Positions 1 to 13,677 of a stretch of DNA of 64,000 nucleotides are shown here, in pieces. The position numbers and the translations under genes are program-made. The notes under the pieces were generated by a model. That model was not told the origin of the DNA. It did no database searches and saw only the letters and a list, made by a program, of their open reading frames with translations. How positions within the stretch are numbered: the first letter of the stretch is position 1; the number at the start of each line of letters is the position of its first letter. Where the stretch lies: positions 248,001-312,000 of the forward strand of contig NIVC01000773.1 of the NCBI GenBank assembly GCA_002269645.1, read 5' to 3'. Source of the DNA: Macrostomum lignano (Eukaryota).

Positions 1-640
1 TGGACCAATATTTGCTCTTTATAAGCCCGTGCCGGTGTGACGTAACTCTGCTTAAAAATCGTTTTGTCTTTTTTGCTGACTTCTTGGAGTTAAAAGGAAT
101 AAAAGGAGTTAAAGTCTCTGGGAGGGACACTAGCTATCCAAATTTAATCGTCTTTTTGGAAAAAAAGGCACAAAAATTGCTCTTAAAAAAGAGAAACTGT
201 CAGAATTGGCATCGTTAATCGGGGTGCGTCAGATAATCCCTGCCATTGGCTCTCCACTTTCCTGGGAGGAAAATCCTCCTTGAGAGTGAGGTCGCGGTTG
301 GGGATTATCTTAGGCAACTCATTCGCCTTTCACTGAGAAAGCATGAGCCGTCTGTCCTGGCTGGCCAGAGTCAAAAATTGAATAACCCTCTGTCACGGCA
401 TTTGAGTTTTAGAACGCCAGAATTGCCTGCTCAGTTCCTCCTGGCTTCCCCTCCATTGTCTGTCTGCGATTAACAATAACATTTACATGTGAGCTGTGGG
501 CTTGGGCAATGCGCTCTGTGACAAACACAAGCTTGCAGTGGGACTTGCGTGACGCGCAATTAACCTGAGCTGCCTGAGCTGTCACCGACTCCCACCTTCT
601 GGCCCCCGGCACACCTGCCTGATAGGGATGGCTGTGGGGG

Positions 641-1205
<565 letters not shown>

Positions 1206-2689
1206 ACTAAGACAGGCACTGAGACAGATAGGTAGACAGGCACAAAGGCACTCGGATGGAACAGATAGATAGCTCATGAGGTTCAGAACCCGCAAATTGG
1301 TGAACATGTGTCCATTCGGAGGATTTACAGGCATCGGTGGGGAGAAATTCATTTGGGATTCTTGTCTCGAGACCCTCTCAACTCCCCTCCTCTCCTTGGC
1401 AGGCCTGCTTTATTGGGTCCGTAATTTCTCCGGATCTGCAGCACCGGAGCGGCTACAGCTGTCAAGAGTTCGCTTTCTCGCTCCGCGTCTCAGCGATGAC
1501 GCAATATCGTTGTCAATTCGTCTTTGAGGTCCCCTAAGAATTACTGGCTGCTTGTGCTCGGAATTCCAAAAGCCAGCCGCTCGATTCTCTCAATCTCTCG
1601 AATGCTACTCAATGTAACAAAGACTGGACTAGAGTAGAGAGACAGCAAGGATGTCTGGCTACATCCAAGGACTCCGATTAGCTAGTAGCATCTGGATTGG
1701 AAAGTCAGCAAGAGTTTCGGGGAAAAATTGAGAAGCGAAACTGGCGAGCTAAGAAAATATTTGCGCAGAACGGCAGAGAGATGGAGAGTGGCGGGTCCGA
1801 GAGGCAAACACCACTGCTGAGGGACCTTTGTGAGGCTTTTGATAATCCGCAGTACAAACCTCCCAGCTCGGAGACAAACATATTTTTGGCACAGGTGCTG
1901 CCTGCCACCCGAGCTCCCACTGCCGATTCAATTATCAGGTAGCTCTTCTAATAGTTCCGTGTTAAAGCAGGTAGGAGATGATGAACGGCTTATAAGGAGA
2001 GGCTGGGTTAATGGCTTAATATTTTTGCATATCGAATTTCCACAGCGGCCGGGAGATGAGCACAGGGACTCAAAGACAGCCGGCAGGGATTAGAGAGATT
2101 TTCTGGGCTCTTCGCATGTCTTTAAAAATTCTTTTTTTTATAATATAAAAGAGAAAACTGAATTTGAGTTGCCTTCATGTCTGCTTCTGCGGCCGTCTCC
2201 CCCTCTCCACTGTCTGAGCGTCGGGTTCATCTTCATCAAAACATCGAGTCCAGTGACTCAGCTCATGGGGAGAAGGGAGAAGGGTTAGAGAGCGTTGCGT
2301 GCTCGGGCCAGGTTCCAAATCCCCCCCGCTGACCCGGTGTTATAAAATCCCCTCCCCTACCCCTCCTACAGAATTTTGTTATCACTAAGTAGCGAGAGAA
2401 AACCTACCTCATAAATGGGAACATTTTTTCGGGGAAGATTTTTTATAATTTGGGATAGAGTACAGAGTATTAGGCCCCCTCTCACCTGTCCTGATTAGCT
2501 GGGAAGCAGGGGTTTCTTAGGGAGTGATGAGATATCTTGCAGCTAACTCAGTTGCCTGAGTACCCTAGTAGCTGCACTAGCAGTAGAGTCGATTATCTAC
2601 CGATATGTTGTTGTATCAGTTACATAAAATTTTATTTCATTAATATGCTGGTCTGCTTTCGTATGTATCTAAGAGAGGGGAAGAGAGAG

Positions 2690-5146
2690 GGAGAGAGCGA
2701 GGGAGCGAAACTGAGAGAGAGAGGGGGAGGGAGAGAGAGAGAGAGCCGGAGAAGGAGACAGTGAGAGGGGGAGGGAGAGAGATAGAGAGCCGGAGAAGGA
2801 GACAGTGAGAGGGGGAGGGAGAGAGATAGAGAGCCGGAGAAGGAGACAGTGAGAGGGGGAGGGAGAGAGATAGAGAGCCGGAGAAGGAGACAGTGAGAGG
2901 GGGAGGGAGAGAGAGAGAGCCGGAGAAGGAGACAGAGAGGGGGAGGGAGAGATAGAGAGAGCCGGAGAAGGAGACAGAGAGGGGAGGGAGAGATAGAGAG
3001 AGCCAGAGAAGGAGACAGAGAGGGAGAGGGAGAGAGAGAGAGAGCCGGAGAAGGAGACAGAGAGAGGGGAGAGGGAGAGAGAGAGAGCCGAAGAAGGAGA
3101 CAGAGAGACGGGAGAGGGAGAGAGAGAGCCGGAGAAGGAGACAGTGAGAGGGGGAGGGAGAGAGATAGAGAGCCGGAGAAGGAGACAGTGAGAGGGGGAG
3201 GGAGAGAGATATAGAGCCGGAGAAGGAGACAGTGAGAGGGGGAGGGAGAGAGATAGAGAGCCGGAGAAGGAGACAGTGAGAGGGGGAGGGAGAGAGAGAG
3301 AGAGCCGGAGAAGGAGACAGTGAGAGGGGGAGGGAGAGATAGAGAGAGCCGGAGAAGGAGACAGAGAGGGGAGGGAGAGATAGAGAGAGCCGGAGAAGGA
3401 GACAGAGAGGGGAGGGAGAGATAGAGAGAGCCAGAGAAGGAGACAGAGAGGGAGAGGGAGAGAGAGAGAGAGCCGGAGAAGGAGACAGAGAGAGGGGAGA
3501 GGGAGAGAGAGAGAGCCGGAGAAGGAGACAGTGAGAGGGGGAGGGAGAGAGATAGAGAGCCGGAGAAGGAGACAGTGAGAGGGGGGAGGGAGAGAGATAT
3601 AGAGCCGGAGAAGGAGACAGTGAGAGGGGGAGGGAGAGAGATAGAGAGCCGGAGAAGGAGACAGTGAGAGGGGGAGGGAGAGAGAGAGAGAGCCGGAGAA
3701 GGAGACAGAGAGGGGGAGGGAGAGATAGAGAGAGCCGGAGAAGGAGACAGAGAGGGGAGGGAGAGATAGAGAGAGCCAGAGAAGGAGACAGAGAGGGAGA
3801 GGGAGAGATAGAGAGAGCCGGAGAAGGAGACAGAGAGGGGAGGGAGAGATAGAGAGAGCCGGAGAAGGAGACAGAGAGAGGGGAGAGGGAGAGAGAGAGA
3901 GCCGAAGAAGGAGACAGAGAGACGGGAGAGAGAGAGAGAGCCGGAGAAGGAGACAGAGAGAGGCGGGGAGAGGGAGAGATAGAGAGCCGGAGAAGGAGAC
4001 AGAGAGAGGGGAGAGGGAGAGAGCCGAAGAAGGAGACAGAGAGAGGGGGGAGAGGGAGAGAGAGAGCCGGAGAAGGAGAAAGGAGACAGAGAGAGGGGGA
4101 GAGGGAGAGAGAGAGCCGGAGAAGGAGAGAAGGAGACAGAGAGAGGGGGAGAGGGAGAGAGAGAGCCGGAGAAGGAGAGAAGGAGACAGAGAGAGGGGGG
4201 AGAGGGAGAGAGAGAGCCGGAGAAGGAGAGAAGGAGACAGAGAGAGGGGGAGAGGGAGAGAGAGAGCCGGAGAAGGAGAGAAGGAGACAGAGAGAGGGGG
4301 AGAGGGAGAGAGAGAGCCGGAGAAGGAGAGAAGGAGACAGAGAGAGGGGGAGAGGGAGAGAGAGAGCCGGAGAAGGAGAGAAGGAGACAGAGAGAGGGGG
4401 AGAGGGAGAGAGAGAGCCGGAGAAGGAGAGAAGGAGACAGAGAGAGGGAGAGAGGGAGAGAGAGAGCCGGAGAATGAGAGAAGGAGACAGAGAGAGGGGG
4501 GAGAGGGAGAGAGAGAGCCGGAGAAGGAGAGAAGGAGACAGAGAGAGGGGGAGAGGGAGAGAGAGAGCCGGAGAAGGAGAGAAGGAGACAGAGAGAGGGG
4601 GGAGAGGGAGAGAGAGAGAGCCGGAGAAGGAGAGAAGGAGACAGAGAGAGGGGGAGAGGGAGAGAGAGAGCCGGAGAAGGAGACAGAGAGAGGGGGGAGA
4701 GGGAGAGAGAGAGCCGGAGAAGGAGAGAAGGAGACAGAGAGAGGGGGAGAGGGAGAGAGAGAGCCGGAGAAGGAGAGAAGGAGACAGAGAGAAGGGGAGA
4801 GGGAGAGAGAGAGCCGGAGAAGGAGAGAAGGAGACAGAGAGAGGGGGAGAGGGAGAGAGAGAGCCGGAGAATGAGAGGAGACAGAGAGAGGGGGGAGAGG
4901 GAGAGAGAGAGCCGGAGAAGGAGACAGAGAGAGGGGAGAGAGGGAGAGAGAGAGAGCCGGAGAAGGAGACAGAGAGAGGGGAGAGAGGGAGAGAGAGAGC
5001 CGGAGAAGGAGAGAAGGAGACAGAGAGAGGGGTAGAGAGAGAGATAGAGAGCCGAAGAAGGAGACAGAGAGAGGGGAGAGAGAGAGAGCCGGAGAAGGAG
5101 ACAGAGAGAGGGGGGAGAGGGAGAGAGAGAGCCGGAGAAGGAGACC
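2690..5146. repeat. Purine-rich minisatellite (~36-46 bp unit, core GAGCCGGAGAAGGAGACAG)
   Basis: Dozens of tandem copies with zones of variant units. The 881-aa and 848-aa ORFs here are repeat read-throughs. Confidence 0.95.
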
Positions 5147-5809
5147 GTGAGAGGTTGGCCTAGAGTTTGAAAAAGATAGCACAGAGGTACAGCTGTGGCG
5201 ACAGTCGCCTCCCAAGTCTCAGTGTCTGAGTCCCCCCCTCCACTCAGCAACAGAATCAACTTTGCAAACGCAAACAAATCAGAGTCAGGGCAGGTTTCAG
5301 AGGCCGTCGGGGAGCAGCAGCCGGCGCTGGTGAGCCTCTGAGCGATGGTAGCAGCCAGAATTTGTGCAAATTACAATATTAAATATTTACAGGCACTGCC
5401 AGGCTCTCAGCTCTTGTGAGGCGGCTCGGCCTGTGTTTCCACGAATCAAGGAGCTGAAAGGCATCAATCAAAGCTTTGGGTTTTCAAGGGGGCTCCCTAA
5501 GTGAAACACGCAACTAAGGGTAACTTTTTTCTCCATTGCAGTCCTCGCGCTTCAGGCTTCTCCGACAAAGATGAAATAACAAAGACCGCCTTGGTTCCCT
5601 AAACTCACAAGAAAATCGAAGTCGCATGCAGGCGAAGCACTCAAGAACGCCTCTTGCTGTTTGCTTATAGAAAGCAAGTTTAATTAAATATGAGTTCATA
5701 ATTAATACACTATATACCAACATTTTTGGAGCTGTTCAAGGACCACTAGGAGCAAAAACAATACATTTAAGGTGGATTTCTTCCCTAAAGTACATAAACG
5801 ACCCCCGAG

Positions 5810-6185
5810 CAGGCACTCTGATACTGTATGCAGACACTCTGATACTGTATGCAGGCACTCTGATACTGTATGCAGGCACTCTGATACTGTATGCAGACAC
5901 TCTGATACTGTATGCAGGCACTCTGATACTGTATGCAGGCACTCTGATACTGTATGCAGGCACTCTGATACTGTATGCAGGCACTCTGATACTGTATGCA
6001 GGCACTCTGATACTGTATGCAGGCACTCTGATACTGTATGCAGGCACACTGATACTGTATGCAGGCACACTGATACTGTATGCAGGCACACTGATACTGT
6101 ATGCAGGCACTCTGATACTGTATGCACGCACTCTGATACTGTATGCAGGCACTCTGATACTGTATGCACGCACTCTGATACTGTA
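5810..6185. repeat. 21-bp minisatellite (GCAGGCACTCTGATACTGTAT)n
   Basis: About 18 near-perfect tandem copies. Confidence 0.95.
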
Positions 6186-7304
6186 CTGTAGTTGTAAGCG
6201 CAGTTTCTCAAGCCCAAATCTCAAACCCAAACCCAAATGCTTGGATGCAGGTCAACTTTCTCTGTTTTGATTTTGTCTATTTGAAGTGTTAATCGATTTG
6301 ATGTTTGGACAAGTTTAGTCAAGAGTTCGCTAAGAAGTTGTCAGTCCTGCACTGGGTCACTGCATGAAGCCCAGACCCAAGTGTGATTCGACACACAGAG
6401 AGAAACTTTTTGAAATTCATAACTGAGTCTCACCCTCCCCCAAGTTCAGCTCAGTTACTCCTCCTGTGCCCCACCCTCCTCTCCACCCTCCTTCCCCTCT
6501 CCTTCCTTTCCGAGGACAAAAAACCGTTGTTGAAGTCTGGAGAGTTTTTCTTTATAGAGCAAGTCAATCAACAGAAGGGGAGTGCAGTTGATACCCCCAA
6601 GCGCCTCTGCTCTTTGCCTCTGCAGGCCATAGCTCACGCTTCTTATGGGAATTGAAAAAGCAGATGGCGTCTGCTGCAACCACTTCTCAACTAAAAAAAA
6701 ACACGAACTACTGGGGATATTTGAAACACTGCTCAGGTCATTTGTTTGAAATAAACCCGGAGGACCAGACGGGGGGGCAGGCAATGACGTTTGAGCAGCC
6801 TCAGAAAAAACACATAACTGTCTTTGAGCAGGCAAGCTGATTTATGACTATCAATTCGGGACACACAAAAACGCAGCTTATTAATTAAGCAACTCTTACC
6901 AACAAGCAATGAATTGAGCATGAGAACAGTGCCAGCCAGCAGCACAGAATTCACTGTCAGCCTTGATTGATGCTGTCCAAGCTTTTCCATCATCAAGCAG
7001 TTGATGATGGACAGACTCGCGTAGCTGAGAGAGAGTGCAGACAGTTGCTGAGCGTTTGAAGTGGCAGCTTGATTAGATTTCAGGCCCTCAAAACAGTTGG
7101 CTGAAATGTTGAGAAACGTTATCAGTGGGAATCTTATACTTTTATGCTGAAAATGAGACATTCAACATGAAACAGACATTCAAAAAGTTGATAGCCGATG
7201 AGAAAAAAAGACAGGTATTTGCCTGCTGTCTATGGCCCAACCTACCTTTCTTCTACAGGCTTTTAAATTTGGATGTGAGTTTTATAACTTGTAAAATTGA
7301 TTAC

Positions 7305-7578
7305 AATAATTGATTACACCTGCCCTAATGGACAGCTCAGCCGCAGCTATTGCGCGGAGCATCTGAAGGCTGCGTACGGCTGTTCAGTCCAAGGACTGGG
7401 GGGTCGCCAAACACGCCCTCAATTACCCCAGCTAATGCTGGCACCCATTTTACAGCTGGGTGAACTGAAGCAATGCAGAGTTAAGTGTCTTGCTCAGGAC
7501 ACAAACTGCTCCGAGTGGATCGAGAATCGAACCCCCGACCTTTCAATCGTGAGTCCGACCTCTAACCACTAGGCTACA
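7305..7578 (-). mobile_element. tRNA-derived CORE-like SINE, copy 1
   Basis: On the minus strand: A box (TAGCCTAGTGG), B box (GGTTCGATTC), a central TGTGTCCTGAGCAAGACACTTAAC...CTGTAAAATGGG segment resembling the MIR/CORE domain (recalled consensus), and an AT-rich tail. Homologous copies lie at 22.9, 26.1 and 47.5 kb. Confidence 0.85.
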
Positions 7579-8106
7579 ACCCCTTGTTTTCTAACTTAAC
7601 ATGATATAGAAAGTTATACCCGTATATACAGGTTGGTCAACAAGGGTAATCATGTTGAGCAGTGCATGACGGGTTTTTTAAAGAAAACTACAGTTTATCT
7701 TCATGATTCTTTAAGCAAGAAAATTCAGTTTGTTTTCCGGGAGAACTTTCTGGACAAACCCTGTATATACCTATGCACATAGTAGATACGTGCCATTTTT
7801 ATGACATCAGTGGTTGTAACTCTGCCCATCAATTGATAAGAGAGGTTTAGAGCAGGTGTGTGTCTGCATGCGTCAGTCCCCGTGTTCCCCATTTGAAGCT
7901 CTCAGACTCAGAGATAATTAAAACGCTGTTTTATTGCCCATTTTTAACGCCTCTCCCGAGGGTTGGTTTGTTTGAGGCTGCCGCTGTGAGAGGCTGGAGT
8001 TTGGCTGACGGCCTCCAAGTCTCCGGGCTCAGCTCTCAATTACCAAAGTTGGTTGCTCAACGTCTCGAGGTTATGGCCTGCCGCATTGGAGTGAGTCCCG
8101 CATACA

Positions 8107-8286
8107 ACTCTGATCCTAAATGTGGCACCCTGATCCTAAATGTGGCACTTTGATCCTAAATTTGGCACCCTGATCCTAAATTCGGCACTCTAAAACTAAA
8201 TTTGGCACTCTGATCCTAAATTTGGCACTCTGATTCTAAATTTGGCACTCTGATCCTAAATTTGGCACTATGATCCTAGATTTGGA
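8107..8286. repeat. 20-bp satellite (CTCTGATCCTAAATTTGGCA)n, left part
   Basis: Same unit as 10917-11731. The array is split by the retrotransposon. Confidence 0.95.
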
Positions 8287-10916
8287 CTTGACTTACTTGA
8301 CTTAGCTGCAGGGCTGTCCCGGAGGGGACACAGCGGGAAGGCGCGGGCGCCCATTCCGCTAGTCCCTGAACGGCCGACGCGTCGCTATGGACGGAGGGTT
8401 GGCGCCGCCCAGGGAGGTCCCCCAGTGTCGCCAGCAGCTATGGTGCTCTCTGGAAAGGAGAGTTCAGCCTTGCGGGTGGCCCGAAGGTAGCGCATGAGCT
8501 GATTAAAGTTTTCGGGTTTGCACGCTTCAGTAATAGATGTGTGTGGCCCGAGGTAAGTGAGTCTGGCCCGCGTGAAGGCGGGACAGATGCTGACGAAATG
8601 CTCAGCGGTTTCGTCACCTGAGTTGCAGAAACTACAGGTGGCGTTGGTGGCGTTGCCCTGCAGGTACTGGTGCCTGGAGAAGCAGCCGTGACCAGAGAGG
8701 GTCATGGTGGCAGCCCGGATGTCTCTGCGCGAGAGGCGCAAGAGGAGCTTCCGGAGCTGGTGAGAGGGCTGAGGGACAGCGCCTCTGGATTGCCTGCAGT
8801 TCGTGCGGTTCGCCCAAGTCGAGCGGTGCTGAGTCCTGATCCACGCTTTGATGCGCGAGTCGATGACACAGCCAGGAATCGGGACAAGAGGTTCGGGGCC
8901 GAGAGAGGAGCCGGAGGCACCAACTTTTGCAAGGGTGTCAGCCAACTCATTTCCTCGGATCCCCACATGCCCCGGAACCCACTTAAGGGTAATTTTGTTG
9001 GCGGAACCCAACACATTGAGGAGTTTGATACAGTCAAGGACTGTAGCAGAGTTGGTGCTGCAGCCACTGATGGCGTGCAAGGCAGCTTGGCTGTCCGAAT
9101 GGAAAATGATGTTCTTACCAGTAACGCCAGTGGCGAGAAGCTCTGCAGTGCAGGAGCTGATGGCCAGAACTTCATTTTGGAAAACACTGGAGTTGACCCC
9201 AGTGTATTGAGCGTGGGTAGCGATGACCCTCCCGTTCAGAAAGATTCCAACACCAAAGCCGGTGTTGGCTGACTGCTTAGAACCGTCGGTGTAGCAATGA
9301 AGCTCACCAGGGTTCCAATGGTCATTGATGTTATCGCGCGAGTCGATAGCTACGGAGTAGCGCTGTCTCAGGTTGAGCGTTGAGGCAATGCCATCGGTGA
9401 AGACGCGATTGGCCTGACACTCGTTGAGAAAGTTGAGGCACAGATCGCTATGCGGGACAAGGTTCCGCTTAGCAGGTGCTCTCATGTAAATGAATTTGAC
9501 GCCGGCATCAATTAGACGCCGCGTCGTTCTAGCCGCCTCACCCCTGATGAAGAGGTCAAGAGGCGGAAGATTAAGAAAGGCCCCATGCCAGCAAAGGGCG
9601 TGGACCTGGTGGCGTTGCAGATGAGCCTACACGCTCTGCCTTGGATCGTGTTGAGCAGGTCTGCATGGCTTTTGACCTGGGTAGCGCTAACCCAGACAAC
9701 AGAGGCGTACGTAATGGCAGGTCTAACTACGGAAGTATAGATCCACCAAAGCCGCTTTGGGGATAGACCCCAAGAAGTGCAAAGTGCTCGTCGGAGCTGG
9801 GCCAGGATGGCTGAGGCACGCTTAGCTTTTGCTTTCACGTGGAAGGACCAGTTGAGCCGGTGGTCAAGTGTGACCCCGAGACATCTGGTCTGGTGCGCGA
9901 AGGCAATATCTCTGCCGTAGAGCTGCAGAGGACGTATGTTCCAGCGTAGTCTGCTGGTAAACATAATGGCAACGGTTTTGGGCTCAGAGAGTTCCAAACC
10001 ATTGTCATTGGCCCAGGATTCTGCTTTGCGGATAAAGCTCTGCATCAGATCCCTGAGCGTGCTGGGAGACGGTCCTGCCACAATGGCCGTGACGTCATCA
10101 GCATACCCGACTTTGAAGACGGGGTCAGGTAGGGAGTCACTCAGAAGAGCGTCCATGACCAGGTTCCAGAGCGTCGGGGTGAGGACTCCGCCTTGGGGTC
10201 CACCCTTACAGACTCTGGTGGAGGCAGTTTGCCCAAGAAGTTGGGCAGTGACCGTACGGTTGGAGATCATGTACATGATCCACCGTATGAGGGTAGCATG
10301 AGCTTTGCGATTTTGAAGGGCCCTCTGAAACGCTTCAAAGATAACGTTGTCGAAGGCGCCAACAATGTCAAGAAAGAGAGCCAGGGCGTAACCGTCACCC
10401 AGTACCGCCCGTTCAATCTTTTCGACAATCGCATGCAGGGAGCTGTCAGTCGACCTCCCGGTACGGAAGGCGTGCTGATTATTGCTGAGGGCATCGCTGT
10501 CAGCTCGCAGGAGAGCAGCCGCCAGAGAATAAGCCTCTCAGTGAGCTTAAGCATTGCTGACGTTAAGCTAATTGGCCGGAAGGCCTTGACGCTTTGGTAG
10601 TCACCCTTCCCAGGTTTGGGAATAAAGACTACTCGAGCTTCAGTCCAGCTTTTGGGAACGTATCCCAGCTGGATAGAGGCCCGCATAAGATTGCGGGTGA
10701 GTCTCAGGAACGAGGGTATCTTGGCTGCTTCACGAAGGAGAACAGGGTAGATACCATCAGGTCCAGGAGATTTGAAGGGTTTGAAGGTTCTGACCGCACG
10801 AGCGATTAGGTCTTCAGTGACAATGCCCGCCGCTAGGGTGGCTCCATCCATCGAATGGTTGGGCTCCGGTCTAGCAGTAGGTACCCTCGGGAAGAATGTG
10901 CTAAGCAAGCAAGAAT
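8287..10916 (-). mobile_element. 5'-truncated non-LTR retrotransposon (RT + RNase H + CCHC; I-group, LOA/R1-like)
   Basis: Three ORF pieces join across two frameshifts. RT motifs: KSPGPDGI, FRPISLTS, QHAFR, FLDIVGAFD, PQGGVLTPTLW, YADD. RNase HI motifs: YTDGS, E, SDSQ, WVPGH, GNELAD. C-terminal CSFC...EH...C knuckle. The 3' tail is (TAAGTCAAG)2. No endonuclease domain is present. Confidence 0.92.
8385..10908 (-). pseudogene. Frameshifted pol-like ORF2 of the retrotransposon (RT 9512-10908, RNase H 8385-9485)
   Basis: Frame changes at ~10490-10510 and ~9581-9585. The protein reads continuously once these are corrected. Confidence 0.85.
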
Positions 10917-11731
10917 GAACTCTGATCCTAAATTTGGCACTCGGATCCTAAATTTGGCACTATGATCCTAGATTTGGAACTCTGATCCTAAATTTGGCAC
11001 TCTGATCCTAAATTTGGCACTATGATCCTAAATTTGGCACTCTGATCCTAAATTTGGCACTATGATCCTAGATTTGGAACTCTGATCCTAAATTTGGCAC
11101 TCTGATCCTAAATTTGGCAATATGATCCTAAATTTGGCACTCTGATCCTAAATTTGGCACTCTGATCCTAAATTTGGCACTATGATCCTAGATTTGGAAC
11201 TCTGATCCTAAATTTGGCACTCTGATCCTAAATTTGGCACTATGATCCTAAATTTGGCACTATGATCCTAGATTTGGAACTCTGATCCTAAATTTGGCAC
11301 TCTGATCCTAAATTTGGCACTATGATCCTAAATTTGGCACTCTAAAACTAAATTTGGCACTATGATCCTAAATTTCGCACTATGATCCTAAATTTGGCAC
11401 TATGATCCTAAATTTGGCACTATGATCTTAAATTTGGCACTCTGATCCTAAATTTGGCACTCTGATCCTAAATTTGGCACTCTGATCCTAAATTTGGCAC
11501 TATGATCCTAAATTTGGCACTATGATCCTAGATTTTGCACTATGATACTACATTTGGCACTCTGATCCTAAATTGGGCACTATGATCCTAAATTTGGCAC
11601 TATGATCCTAAATTTGGCACTATGATCCTAGATTTGGAACTCTGATCCTAAATTTGGCACTCTGATCCTAAATTTGGCAATATGATCCTAAATTTGGCAC
11701 TCTGATCCTAAATTTGGCACTCTGATCCTAA
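10917..11731. repeat. 20-bp satellite (CTCTGATCCTAAATTTGGCA)n, right part
   Basis: About 40 copies with recurring variants (TATGATCC, TAGATTTGGAAC). Confidence 0.95.
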
Positions 11732-11950
11732 AGTGACGCCAATTTGATCCTGAAGTGACGCCAATCTGATCCTGAAGTGACGCCAATCTGATCCTGAAGT
11801 GACGCCTATCTGATCCTGAAGTGACGCCAATCTGATCCTGAAGTGACGCCAATCTGATCCTGAAGTGACGCCAATCTGATCCTGAAGTGACGCCTATCTG
11901 ATCCTGAAGTGACGCCTATCTGATCCTGAAGTGACGCCTATTTGATCTTA
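11732..11950. repeat. 22-bp satellite (TGATCCTGAAGTGACGCCAATC)n
   Basis: About 10 copies abutting the 20-bp array and sharing TGATCCT. Confidence 0.95.
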
Positions 11951-12614
11951 AATCAACTACGAGCTAATTTAATAACTACCATATGATTTTTCGCTGACAC
12001 CATACAGCCATATATTTCTTAACACTGAAGACTGAGTCGCTGACTCACCCGAATCAAGGCTGGAAGGCAAAAGATTTGATCACTCAAAAACTTTCCCAAC
12101 GATCTCCTGACAGGGCAGTGGAGGGGGGACGGTTGATGGCGCTGCGGACTTTCGGTCGGTTTGGCCGGCTCTGACTGCGCGGGCATTGGCTGGTTGCAGG
12201 CCAGCAGTGAGGGAATCACTTTCGGAACACTGCGTTCGCCCGGCTTATGCCATTGTTCGAGCAGGATGGGGTGTGGGCTGGGGGTGAAGCCCCACTGCTC
12301 ATAGCTCTGACTAGCGGTGGGGATTCTCAAGTATCCGCCATGGAGAGAGAGAGAGAAGACGGTAGCTGAACCCTCAAGGATGAAGGGACTCAGGGAGGCT
12401 GCGTACAATCGAAGTCTCAATCGGTAAACCGAAACTGTTGGCATATCGAAAGTTTTCTTTATCCGGTTCACTCCGCCTTGAAATCTGAGATGCGAAGCCT
12501 CTGCTGCGGCTTGCTTTGGTGACGAGAGTTTTGTCTGTCTGAGCGACTCGACAGGTCTGCCGGCTTGGGTTGGCTTTCAGTTCTAGTGGCTGAGGAGCTG
12601 CTGGGCTCCCATGC

Positions 12615-13090
<476 letters not shown>

Positions 13091-13677
13091 CCCCGCTTAC
13101 CCAGGCAGCTTAATGACGCCGCTCCTAGCGGTCTCGCATTTCAAAGGCCCTCAATAAAGTTGCCGCCAAGCATTCGGGGTCGCTGGAGTGTGAAAATATC
13201 AACTGGGTCCGCAGCGGTGACGCGGGCCCACTGCGCACATTGCCGCGCCCCACTCGAGGCAGATTATGGGAAAAGGGAGAGTTCAGTAGGGGGGGGGGGG
13301 GGAAGCAGACCCGCCTCATCCTCTCAGTTGAAACCGGATCGGCCGCATGAAGGCAGGCCGTTATCCCACCTCTACCACATGCAAACTGCTGCATTCGCCA
13401 CTAAGGCAGAGCGAAAGCCGGTTAGCGAAACTTGCACCGCATTTTTGAGCACGGGATCGGGAGAGATAGCGTGGCTACGGTAGATGAGACTGAGAATATC
13501 GGAGGAGGAAGCTGGAAAGTAGGAGGCCATAAAAAGTTGATGGTGGGGGAGAATTTGATGAAGACGAACGATAGCGAAAAGGAAGATAGAGAATGGAATG
13601 ATGATGATGAAATGGTGAAGAATATTACGAGCGTATTTTAGTGCGATATTAGTAGAGAAGAAAGGTAGGGAGCTTGA

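Noticed and set aside
2632-5277. 881-aa and 848-aa ORFs, and similar long low-complexity ORFs at 0.6-1.3, 13.4-14.2, 16.5-17.3, 28.2-29.4, 29.9-30.9, 56.6-57.8 and 59.8-62.9 kb
   Set aside because: They are read-throughs of tandem repeats that happen to lack stop codons, and they are open in several frames and on both strands.
5736-5751. 16-mer TCAAGGACCACTAGGA shared with 48158-48173
   Set aside because: Homology does not extend convincingly beyond a few bases, and no element structure could be defined.
7500-7578. tRNA-like sequences (also ~22860, ~26320 and ~47640)
   Set aside because: The anticodon stem is degenerate, there is no acceptor-stem closure, and each continues into a shared SINE body. 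They are SINE heads, not tRNA genes.
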